Positions 17,320-26,130 of a stretch of 33,368 nucleotides of DNA are shown here, piece by piece. Origin of the DNA: a virus (lineage: Duplodnaviria; Caudoviricetes); IMG/VR virus record IMGVR_UViG_3300032327_000744, positions 1 to 33,368 of that record; one strand, given 5' to 3'. The notes under the pieces were generated by a model. That model saw only the letters and a list, made by a program, of their open reading frames with translations, made no database searches and was not told the origin of the DNA. How positions within the stretch are numbered: position 1 is the stretch's first letter; the number at the start of each line of letters is the position of its first letter. Made by a program: the position numbers and the translations under genes.

Positions 17320-18633
17320 ATGGAAAACAATTTGTACAAACAAGCAATCCTTGATGCTAAAGCTATTAGAGCTGGCGCGATTGCAAACGCAAAAGCAAGT
17401 TTAGAAGAAGTTATTGGCCCTAAAATCAACGAATTAGTTAGATTAAATCTACAAGAAGATCTTGAAGAAGACCTAGATGTCACTGAAGAAGGCTATGACA
17501 TGGAAGAAGGTATGGAAGAAGAAGGCTATGACATGGAAAAAGAAGGATCTGAAAATTTAATGGAAGACAGTGAATTAGATGAAATTCTTGCAGAATTAAA
17601 TTCTTTAGAAGAAGAATCTTTAGAGGAGTCATTTGATTATTTATCTGAAGCTGATGATGAAGATGCTGATGATGAAGAGGCTGATACAGAAGTTGATGAC
17701 ACTGATGAAGATGAAACTGATGATGAAGTTGATGAAACTCCAACTGATGATACCAAAGTAGTTGATATTACTTTAGGTGATCTTAAAGACATTTTACAAT
17801 CTGTAATGAGTGGTAAATCTTCTACTGGTATGGAATTTAGTGGAGATGAATCTGATTCTGATCAAGAAGATTTAAATTTAGATGAGATTTTAGCTGAATT
17901 AAATGAAGGTGGCGATGATACTGAAATGACGCCTGAAGAAGCGGCTAAAAAATTAGACCAAATAGCAGCTACACTTGAAGAAAGTACTGTAATGAGCGTT
18001 TGGGAGGCATTTAGTAATTTAAATAGTGTAGGAGGCTACAGTTTATCACAAGAAGCAGCTAATGTAATTGGTCAATTTGTTATTAAATTATTTGGTTTAT
18101 TTGGTGCAGGACTTGCAGCAGGAACAAATGAAAAAGTTCAAGATGCTATTAAAAAAGGCTATACAGGACTTATGGATTTTATTAAATCAAAATCTAAATT
18201 TGCGTATTCTGCACTTAGTATATTTCTTAAAAAACATAAAAAAGATATTGATGCAGCTTCTAAAAAAGATAGTACAAAAGATAAAGAACTTAATGAAGCA
18301 AGAAAGACTATTAAATCACTTAGTTCTACACTTAATGAAGTAAATCTTTTAAATGCTAAACTTCTTTATGTTAATAAAATTTTCAAAGAAAGATCTTTAA
18401 ATGAGTCTCAAAAATTAAAAGTTATAAAGTCTTTTGATAAGGCTACAACTGCTAAAGAAGCAAAAAATGTATATGAAATTCTAAAAGAATCTTTAAATAC
18501 TAAACAAAAAACTTCTTTAAAAGAGTCTATTGGTTTTGCATCACAATCAAGAGGATATATTAAAAATAATAATATTATTGAATCTGATCCTTTTGTATCA
18601 AGATGGCAAAAAATAGCAGGTATTAAAAATTAA
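17320..18633 (+). CDS. Prohead core scaffolding protein
   Basis: Lies between protease and MCP, with a highly acidic centre, many LxE sites, coiled-coil ends and a C-terminal RWQKIAGIKN. Confidence 0.85.
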   Translation: MENNLYKQAILDAKAIRAGAIANAKASLEEVIGPKINELVRLNLQEDLEEDLDVTEEGYDMEEGMEEEGYDMEKEGSENLMEDSELDEILAELNSLEEESLEESFDYLSEADDEDADDEEADTEVDDTDEDETDDEVDETPTDDTKVVDITLGDLKDILQSVMSGKSSTGMEFSGDESDSDQEDLNLDEILAELNEGGDDTEMTPEEAAKKLDQIAATLEESTVMSVWEAFSNLNSVGGYSLSQEAANVIGQFVIKLFGLFGAGLAAGTNEKVQDAIKKGYTGLMDFIKSKSKFAYSALSIFLKKHKKDIDAASKKDSTKDKELNEARKTIKSLSSTLNEVNLLNAKLLYVNKIFKERSLNESQKLKVIKSFDKATTAKEAKNVYEILKESLNTKQKTSLKESIGFASQSRGYIKNNNIIESDPFVSRWQKIAGIKN

Positions 18634-18647
18634 AAAATAAAAAAACA

Positions 18648-20315
18648 ATGTCAAATTTAGTAAATTCATTACTTAGCGAGTCAGCGCAAACCGCGTTCTC
18701 CAGTCAACATGGAGTAGCCCAAAGACTTACAAAAAAATGGGCAAAATCTGGACTTTTAGAAGGTCTTTATGAGTACGATAAAAATAACATGGCTCTTATG
18801 CTTGAAAGCCAAGCTAAACAACTTGTTGTTGAGGCTTCTCAAACTAACGGCGGTCTTAACTCTGGTGGTGCTACTTTCACTCCTGGTACTGGTGAGCAGT
18901 GGGCTGGTGTTGCTCTTCCTTTGGTTCGTAAAATTTTTGGACAAATTGCTGCTAAAGAATTTGTTTCTGTACAACCAATGAACTTGCCTGCAGGTTTAGT
19001 ATTCTATTTGGATTTCCAATACGGAAACTCTAAGAATCCTTTTGCTGCTGGTGATTCTTTATACGGTACTCCTACAGCAAACTTTGGTAACGCTGCTGCT
19101 GGCGCTCTTTATGGTGCTGGTCGTTTTGGTTATTCATTGAATTCATTCAGCGCATCTGTATCTGCTTCTGCACTTTCTGCATCAGCTACATTTGTTGATG
19201 TTGATTTTGATTCTAACTATTCTGCTTCTATCGCAGCAAAAACAATTACTAAAATTTCTGTACCTACTTCTTCTATTGGATCTGATTTCAACGTAGATGG
19301 TGTTAGAGGTTTTATTCTTACTTCTGGTTCTACTGTATTATCTGGTGATAACTTACAACAGTTTACAACTGTGTCTTCTAGTACTGGTGGTGTATATATT
19401 AATTTCTTGATAAATAAAGCAGTTCCTGCACTTACTGGCGCATTTACTCCTTATGTTGTAACTTATAATAAGAAGACTGACTTTAATACACGCGGTGATT
19501 TTGAAGATCGTTCTGGTTTACCATCTGTACCTAATGCACTTTCTACTGCTTCTATTGTTATCCCTGATATCAATGTAAGTATGAAGAGCCAAACTATTTC
19601 TGCTAAAACTCGTAAGTTGAAAGCACAATGGACTCCTGAATTTGCACAAGATCTTAATGCTTACCATTCTCTTGATGCTGAAGCAGAATTAACTGGTATT
19701 CTTTCTGAGCACATCTCTCTTGAGATTGATTTGGAAGTTTTAGATATGTTAATTTCTAACGCTCCTACAGTTGAATATTGGTCAGCTCAGATTGGTAAGC
19801 AATTAAATGCTGCTGGTACTGATTTTGTATCTAATACTGCTGGAGCTTACTATACTCAAATGAGTTGGTTCCAAACTTTGGGTATTAAACTTCAAAAAGT
19901 ATCTAATATCATTCACCAAAGAACAATGCGCGGTGGTGCTAACTTTATGGTAGTTTCTCCAACTATTGCTACTATCTTGGAATCTATTCCTGGATTTGCA
20001 GCTGATACTGATGGGGCATCAGATACAATGAAGTATGCATTTGGCGTACAGAAAATTGGTCAATTGAATAGCCGTTATAAAGTGTACAAAAACCCATACA
20101 TGACTGAAAACGCGATCCTTTTAGGTTTCCGTGGTAATCAGTTCCTAGAGTGCGGAGCTGTATATTCTCCTTATGTTCCATTGATTATGACTCCTCTTGT
20201 TTATGATCCAAATACCTTTACTCCAAGAAAAGGTATCATGACAAGATACGCTATGACCATGGTAAGAAATGAATATTACGGTTTAGTACTTGTTGCAGAT
20301 ACTAACGTTATCTAA
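18648..20315 (+). CDS. Major capsid protein (T4 gp23-like)
   Basis: LPLVRK, VSVQPM..P.GLVFYL, AKTRKLKAQWTPEFAQDL.AYH..DAEAEL..ILSE.I.LEID.E, YSPYVPL and FTPRKGIMTRY. Biased, higher-GC codon usage suggests high expression. Confidence 0.97.
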   Translation: MSNLVNSLLSESAQTAFSSQHGVAQRLTKKWAKSGLLEGLYEYDKNNMALMLESQAKQLVVEASQTNGGLNSGGATFTPGTGEQWAGVALPLVRKIFGQIAAKEFVSVQPMNLPAGLVFYLDFQYGNSKNPFAAGDSLYGTPTANFGNAAAGALYGAGRFGYSLNSFSASVSASALSASATFVDVDFDSNYSASIAAKTITKISVPTSSIGSDFNVDGVRGFILTSGSTVLSGDNLQQFTTVSSSTGGVYINFLINKAVPALTGAFTPYVVTYNKKTDFNTRGDFEDRSGLPSVPNALSTASIVIPDINVSMKSQTISAKTRKLKAQWTPEFAQDLNAYHSLDAEAELTGILSEHISLEIDLEVLDMLISNAPTVEYWSAQIGKQLNAAGTDFVSNTAGAYYTQMSWFQTLGIKLQKVSNIIHQRTMRGGANFMVVSPTIATILESIPGFAADTDGASDTMKYAFGVQKIGQLNSRYKVYKNPYMTENAILLGFRGNQFLECGAVYSPYVPLIMTPLVYDPNTFTPRKGIMTRYAMTMVRNEYYGLVLVADTNVI

Positions 20316-20342
20316 ACAAACTTTTAGTAATAAAAATTAAAG

Positions 20343-20367
20343 GCCCAACTTTTGTTGGGCTTTTTTT
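20343..20367 (+). terminator. Rho-independent terminator after the MCP gene
   Basis: GCCCAAC-TTTT-GTTGGGC perfect 7-bp stem followed by T7. Confidence 0.92.
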
Positions 20368-20386
20368 ATTTATAATAATATGCTAC

Positions 20387-20394
20387 ATATTTAT
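20387..20394 (+). promoter_or_regulatory. ATATTTAT motif, candidate late promoter restarting transcription after the terminator
   Basis: CTACATATTTAT, identical over 12 nt to 30541-30552, 13 nt before the phoH ATG. Confidence 0.55.
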
Positions 20395-20407
20395 ATAAAA
20401 ACAACTA

Positions 20408-21085
20408 ATGGATCAAGAAAATCAAACACAGTCCGTTAAAAAGCCAAAAGGCCCTATTAAATTTTTAGTATCATTAAATGAGGAACAGAAAGAGTGTAAG
20501 AACATAATACTAAGTAGCAAAATAACTGTTGTAAGAGGTCAAGCAGGATCAGGAAAATCATTAGTTGCAGCTCAAGTAGCCTTAGATTTATTATTTAGAA
20601 AAGAAGTAGAAAAAATAATATTAACAAGGCCAGCAGTTACATCAGGAGAAGATATTGGTTTTTTACCAGGAGATAAAGATGCAAAATTAGCGCCATATAC
20701 TGCTGCTATTTATGATAATATGCATCGATTATATGGTAAAGAAAAAATAGAAAAAGATATAGCAGAAGGCAGAATTGAGGTAATTCCTTTAGCTTTTATG
20801 AGAGGAAGAAATTTAACAAATTGTGTTGTTGTAGTAGATGAAGCGCAAAATATAACTCATAGACAAATGGAATTACTATTAGGTAGAATTTGTCAAGGTA
20901 CTAAAATGATTATATGTGGAGATAGCGCACAAATAGATTTAAAAGATAAAAAAACTAGTGGCTATACTTTTTTATGTAATAATTTTGCTACTGTGAGAGG
21001 ATTTTCTGTTGTTACTTTAAAAACAAATCATAGAGATCCTATAGTAGAAGAATTATTAGAAATATATAAACAATATCAAGATTAA
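20408..21085 (+). CDS. phoH: PhoH-family ATPase
   Basis: GQAGSGKS (Walker A), LTRPAV, GFLPG, PLAFMRGR, DEAQN, GD..QID and NHR. Confidence 0.95.
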   Translation: MDQENQTQSVKKPKGPIKFLVSLNEEQKECKNIILSSKITVVRGQAGSGKSLVAAQVALDLLFRKEVEKIILTRPAVTSGEDIGFLPGDKDAKLAPYTAAIYDNMHRLYGKEKIEKDIAEGRIEVIPLAFMRGRNLTNCVVVVDEAQNITHRQMELLLGRICQGTKMIICGDSAQIDLKDKKTSGYTFLCNNFATVRGFSVVTLKTNHRDPIVEELLEIYKQYQD

Positions 21086-21088
21086 TAA

Positions 21089-22255
21089 ATGGCAAATCCT
21101 AGTATATATAATGGAACTCCTACAATTATATCCGGAAGTACTCCTTTTGGGTTTTATGATTTAGATCCTGTATTTCAATCTGATGGACCTAAAGTAGCTA
21201 ATTTTGTAACAAGAAAATTAGGATATGGTATAATGGATGTTGAATTAAATGATTTAAATATATACGCTTGTTTTGAAGAGGCTGTTTCTGTATATGCTGA
21301 AGAATTATATCAATCTAAAATAAAAGATAACTACCTTTCTTTAGAAGGATCTTCTACTTCTTCATTGTTAAATAATACAGTAGTAGTTCCTTCATTAAAT
21401 TCTATAGTAACTCTTGCAGATGCTTATGGAGTTCAAGCAGGTGTAGGAGGATCAGTTCCATGGTATACTGGATCTATTAATTTAATAGGAGGTCAGCAAA
21501 TATATGATATGCAGGCATGGGCAGTAGCCTCTGCTAGTATGGCCCAAACAGATAGAATAGTTTTAAATAGGATATATTACCAATCACAGCCAGCAATTAA
21601 TCAGTATTATGATCCTTATGTAGGAGGTTCTATAAATTATCAAGGAGCTTCTGAAAATTTTGGATGGGCAAGTTATTCACCAGGATTAAACTTCGTATTA
21701 TTTCCTATTTATTGGGATATAGCTAGAATACAAGAGATAGAAATGTCTAACTATGTTAGAAGATCTACTTTTAGTTTTGAGCTAATAAATAATAAACTTA
21801 GGATTTTTCCTAGGCCTGAAGTAGATGGTACTATATTATACTTTGAATATTCTAAAAAATCAGATCTTTCTAGTGTGACTGGAAATAGTCCTTACGGAAA
21901 TAATCAAGGATTAGTAACAAATCCTTCTAATGCTCCTTATGGGATTATAACATATAATCAAATAAATTATCCAGGAAAACAATGGATTTATGAGTACACG
22001 CTAGCACTAGCTTCTGAATTATTAGGATTAATAAGAGGAAAATATAGTAGTGTACCAGTACCAGGAGCAGAAGTAACATTAAATGGTGGTGATTTAATAT
22101 CAAAAGGTCGAGAAGCTCAAACAGCTTTAAGAGAAAGATTAAGAACTGACTTTGAAGATATGAGTAGAAAAGCTCAATTAGAAAGAAAACAAACTGAAAA
22201 TCAATCTATAAATGATACATTATTAAATGTGCCACTCATGATTTATTTCGGTTAA
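21089..22255 (+). CDS. Neck / head-tail adaptor protein (T4 gp13-like)
   Basis: RKLG....DVEL, WIYEYTLAL..E.LG.IRGKY and PGAEVTLNG..L; position after MCP. Confidence 0.8.
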   Translation: MANPSIYNGTPTIISGSTPFGFYDLDPVFQSDGPKVANFVTRKLGYGIMDVELNDLNIYACFEEAVSVYAEELYQSKIKDNYLSLEGSSTSSLLNNTVVVPSLNSIVTLADAYGVQAGVGGSVPWYTGSINLIGGQQIYDMQAWAVASASMAQTDRIVLNRIYYQSQPAINQYYDPYVGGSINYQGASENFGWASYSPGLNFVLFPIYWDIARIQEIEMSNYVRRSTFSFELINNKLRIFPRPEVDGTILYFEYSKKSDLSSVTGNSPYGNNQGLVTNPSNAPYGIITYNQINYPGKQWIYEYTLALASELLGLIRGKYSSVPVPGAEVTLNGGDLISKGREAQTALRERLRTDFEDMSRKAQLERKQTENQSINDTLLNVPLMIYFG

Positions 22256-22265
22256 ATTTAATATT

Positions 22266-22757
22266 ATGGCATTATTTGGATCATTAAAAGATATATCAAC
22301 ATTTAAAGGAATATCAAGAGAATTATTAGAAAATGTTGTATCTCAAGCAATTGGATATTACAAATATAGACTAGATGATTCTACTGTTAATATTTATGGA
22401 GAGGGTGTTAATAAGTATTTTATAGGTCCTGTGCTTATTAATTGTTTAATAGAAAGAGGAGATTTTACTGTTGATAAAAATGAAATTTCATTAGAAGTAA
22501 AAAGAGATGTATCATTTAGATTTTTAAAATATCATTTAGTACAAGCTAATGTTGTACCTGAAATAGGCGATGTTGTTATGTATAATGAAGGATATTATCA
22601 TGTAGATAATGTAAATGAAAATCAGTTAATATTAGGTAGAGATAATGATTTTGTTTATGAAAATGGATTAGAAAATTTTGGTAGTTCATATTCTGTAGTA
22701 TTAACTACACACTTATCTAGTCAAGAAGCTCTTGGAATTGATAAAAACAGATTATAA
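22266..22757 (+). CDS. Putative head-closure / neck protein (gp14-like)
   Basis: NIYGE and PEIGDVV...YY.V..V beta-rich pattern; synteny. Confidence 0.6.
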   Translation: MALFGSLKDISTFKGISRELLENVVSQAIGYYKYRLDDSTVNIYGEGVNKYFIGPVLINCLIERGDFTVDKNEISLEVKRDVSFRFLKYHLVQANVVPEIGDVVMYNEGYYHVDNVNENQLILGRDNDFVYENGLENFGSSYSVVLTTHLSSQEALGIDKNRL

Positions 22758-23998
22758 TGAATCAAAAAACAAGACCTCAAAATAGAAAAGAATTTATGAA
22801 TTCTTTAGTTGAGCCATATGATAATAAGTATGGTAATCCTAATGCTATATTTTCTGAACCAAAAAAAGCAGGGCAACCAGAAAATAATAGAGCTTTAGAG
22901 ATTTCATCTAAAAAAGACACTGATAAAGACTTTTATATAGGTATAAAAGATATTGATGAAGCTGTAATGTATTATTTTAAAGAGGTTTTAAAATTATCTG
23001 TGATACAAAATAATACAAAAATTGAAGTTCCTATATTATATGCCAATCCTGAAAACTGGAAAAGTGCTCAAGTAGACGGTTATTATAGAGATAAAGATGG
23101 CAAATTAATGGCACCTTTATTAGTATTTAAAAGAAATTCAGTTACTCAAAATAGAACTTTAGGAAATAAATTAGATGGTAATAATGTAAAAAATGTACAA
23201 TTATTTGAAAAAAAATACTCTAAAAGAAATATTTATAGTAACTTTAATTTATTAACTAGTAGAAGTAAAGAAAAAGAGTTTATAGTATCAGTAATACCTG
23301 ACTATGTAACAGTAGAATATTCTTGTACTGTTTGGACTTATTTTGTTGAACAAATGGATAAATTAATAGAAGCTCTTAATTTTGCTTCTAGATCTTATTG
23401 GGGAGATCCTAGTAAGTTTCAATTTTATAGTTCAATAGAAACTTTTACAGATGAAATATCTTATGGAGTTGGTGATGAAAGAGCTGTTAAATGTAGCTTT
23501 AATATTACGCTAAACGGATATTTAATCCCAGATAGCATTAATAAAAAAATGGCAAATGCCACAAAACAATTTAGCGCTGCTCAAATAGTATTTGGTTTAG
23601 AAGTTTCTAATGGAGTTCAATCAGCACCAATAATGCCAATTAGAAAACTAGCAAATATTATAGCAGCAGATGGTCAAACAATTATTGGAGTAAAAACTTT
23701 TTCGCAAATGTCATTAGATGTAAACTCATTTTTTGCAACAAATAAAACTAAAGTAGCAGATATAATAACTGTTCCTAATCAATCAACTTTTACAGGAGGT
23801 TCTTTTTTACAACCCCCTGATGGAGCAAATATTCCTCCTACTGATAAAACTAGTTTTTCTTATTTTATAAACGGACAATATATACCTATAGGTAATATAA
23901 TATCTTTTGATGGATCTAATTTAGTTATTAATGCAAGTACATTAGGTTTTGAATTATCAACTGACGATGAAGTAGTTGCAATAGGTAAATTTGCTTAA
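22757..23998 (+). CDS. Putative tail completion/terminator protein (gp15-like) with a C-terminal extra domain
   Basis: VPILYANPE.W, PDYVTVEY...VWT....QM..LIE and F.ITL.GYL; synteny. Confidence 0.6.
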   Translation: MNQKTRPQNRKEFMNSLVEPYDNKYGNPNAIFSEPKKAGQPENNRALEISSKKDTDKDFYIGIKDIDEAVMYYFKEVLKLSVIQNNTKIEVPILYANPENWKSAQVDGYYRDKDGKLMAPLLVFKRNSVTQNRTLGNKLDGNNVKNVQLFEKKYSKRNIYSNFNLLTSRSKEKEFIVSVIPDYVTVEYSCTVWTYFVEQMDKLIEALNFASRSYWGDPSKFQFYSSIETFTDEISYGVGDERAVKCSFNITLNGYLIPDSINKKMANATKQFSAAQIVFGLEVSNGVQSAPIMPIRKLANIIAADGQTIIGVKTFSQMSLDVNSFFATNKTKVADIITVPNQSTFTGGSFLQPPDGANIPPTDKTSFSYFINGQYIPIGNIISFDGSNLVINASTLGFELSTDDEVVAIGKFA

Positions 23999-24001
23999 AA
24001 T

Positions 24002-25771
24002 ATGACAACAATATTAAAATCTAAACAATTAAAAGCATTTCCATTTAGTGGCTCTGCTGTAATTACTGGTAGTCTTAATGTAACTAATGCAGTTACTGCA
24101 TCTTATTTTAAAGGAGACGGAAGCGCTCTTACTAATATACAAGTAACTAATGATTTTTTAGATAAAGTTTTTTATGTTACAGAACAAGGTAATGATAGTA
24201 ATAATGGTAAATCAATTGGGACTGCATTTAGAACAATAAAAGCTGCGGCTTTAGCTGCTTCTCAAAGTATTGTGGCTAACGGAAATACTCCTACTTTGCC
24301 GTATAGAACAACTATAAGAGTAAAAACAGGGTATTATGTAGAAGAAGCGCCTATAGTAATAGCTAATAATGTATCTATATTAGGTGACGATCTTAGATCT
24401 GTTGTAGTTAGACCTTCAAATGCTACATCAGGATCTAATTTATTCTTAATGAATAATGGTAGTTATGCTTTTGGTTTAAGGCTAGAAGGATGCACTATAG
24501 ATAATTTAGAAGATCCTAAAAATGGATTCTTTTTTGCTTATCAACCAGGAGCCTATATAGCAACTTCTCCATACATTCAAAACTGTTCTGCAATAAGAAC
24601 TCCTCCTGATAAATTTTACACACCATTGGATTCGGCTTCTGCAAATCCTTTAGTAGGAAATGGTCCTGGTGGTATGTTAATTGATGATTCAGTACTTGAT
24701 CCATATAGTCCTCTGCATTCTATGATTGTGGATTCATATACTCAAGTTGCATTTAATGGAATAGGAGTTTGTGCAAGAGGTAGAGGTTATGGACAGATGG
24801 TATCATTTTTTACAAACTTTTCTAGAGTAGGTGTATATGCTAAAGATGGTGGGCATTGTTCATTATTAAACTCTAATACTACATTTGGAGATTTTGGTTT
24901 AAGATCTAGCGGCTCAAGAATATTAGTAAATCCAAATACTGCTTTAGTAACTAGCGCGTCTTATGTTGATGTTGTATCCTCAGCGCTAATACTAGCTAAT
25001 ACAGGATCGATAACTAATTATATGATAACAGAACTAGCTATTAGCGGATCAACTCAATATACTAGTTCTTATCAATCTGGGGCAATAAGAACAGCAACCC
25101 TTAAAGATGCTACATTACTAGTAAAATGTATTACAGATGATTTATTATCACCAGCAGTAGTCAGAGTAGCTCAATTTGGGGCAGGTCAATTTCTAGGGCA
25201 AGATACTACAGTAGGTAAAGTTAGAACACTACCTATCCAACCCGGTTTTTCAAAAGGAGCAGTTACTGCTTTTAGAATAAACGATGGATTTGATATGGCT
25301 AGAGATTATATATTATCATATGATAAAATAAACTATTATATTCAAAACGACCCTGATAATTTATTTAGTTCTGTTCCAACAACGACTAAGCAAAAAGTAA
25401 GTCAGTTATTAAATATGCTAAAAGATACTATTCAAAGAGTAGTAATAAACCAATCAGGAGCAGATTTATTAACAGAATTTGGATCGTTAATTACATCAAC
25501 TTCTCATGATTTTTCTTATGCAGGATCAGGAGTAAACTTTTTAGCATTACCTAATAATCAAGGAGGCGTAGGAAAGACAAATCTTGATTTAAGAGTATAT
25601 CAAGAAAATAACGGTAGAGTATACTATACAGCAGGAGATGAAACCGGAGACCAGTACCAAGGTAATGATTTTATAATCAGACAATCAACAGGAACTATAG
25701 AAGGTAGAACTTTTTATAGAGCAATAACTGCTCAAATAACACCAATAAATTTAGCTTTAGAAACCGTATAA
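24002..25771 (+). CDS. Virion structural protein with a putative beta-helix (pectin-lyase-like) region
   Basis: FYV...GNDSN.G.S...AFRTIKAA, G.Y.E..PI, ILGDDLR.V.V.P, SPYIQNCS, VS.FTNF and SHDFSYAGSG. Confidence 0.6.
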   Translation: MTTILKSKQLKAFPFSGSAVITGSLNVTNAVTASYFKGDGSALTNIQVTNDFLDKVFYVTEQGNDSNNGKSIGTAFRTIKAAALAASQSIVANGNTPTLPYRTTIRVKTGYYVEEAPIVIANNVSILGDDLRSVVVRPSNATSGSNLFLMNNGSYAFGLRLEGCTIDNLEDPKNGFFFAYQPGAYIATSPYIQNCSAIRTPPDKFYTPLDSASANPLVGNGPGGMLIDDSVLDPYSPLHSMIVDSYTQVAFNGIGVCARGRGYGQMVSFFTNFSRVGVYAKDGGHCSLLNSNTTFGDFGLRSSGSRILVNPNTALVTSASYVDVVSSALILANTGSITNYMITELAISGSTQYTSSYQSGAIRTATLKDATLLVKCITDDLLSPAVVRVAQFGAGQFLGQDTTVGKVRTLPIQPGFSKGAVTAFRINDGFDMARDYILSYDKINYYIQNDPDNLFSSVPTTTKQKVSQLLNMLKDTIQRVVINQSGADLLTEFGSLITSTSHDFSYAGSGVNFLALPNNQGGVGKTNLDLRVYQENNGRVYYTAGDETGDQYQGNDFIIRQSTGTIEGRTFYRAITAQITPINLALETV

Positions 25772-25780
25772 AATATAAAA

Positions 25781-26128
25781 ATGGCAATAAGTAATATACC
25801 TTTAAATAAATTTAGATTATTATCTCAAAACTTAGTGAGTGGCAGTAACCTTATATACTCGTCAAGCATTGACGTGTCTACTATTGTACTATCTACTCAA
25901 ATAACTAATATAGTAGATACTAACAAATCTGTAACTGTTTTAGTACAAAGAAGTGGTTCTAATAGTCAAATAGCCCTAATAAAAGATGCAATAATACCAC
26001 CAAATGAATCACTAAACCCACTATCAGGTAAATTAGTTTTAGAGAGATATGACCAATTTATAATGACAACAAATTCAGGTAGCACATTAGACGTAGTCTT
26101 ATCTGTACTTGAAAATGCAAATAACTAA
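25781..26128 (+). CDS. Small beta-rich putative structural protein
   Basis: 115 aa with GKLVLE..D and a terminal SVLE; lies within the structural cluster. Confidence 0.55.
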   Translation: MAISNIPLNKFRLLSQNLVSGSNLIYSSSIDVSTIVLSTQITNIVDTNKSVTVLVQRSGSNSQIALIKDAIIPPNESLNPLSGKLVLERYDQFIMTTNSGSTLDVVLSVLENANN

Positions 26129-26130
26129 AT

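Noticed and set aside
17485-17538. 21-bp direct repeat (EEGYDME twice) in the scaffold gene
   Set aside because: Real, but ordinary low-complexity slippage in an acidic region.
10541-20315. Introns or inteins in TerL, portal or MCP
   Set aside because: The ORFs are continuous with expected motif spacing, and no intein or homing-endonuclease motifs were seen.
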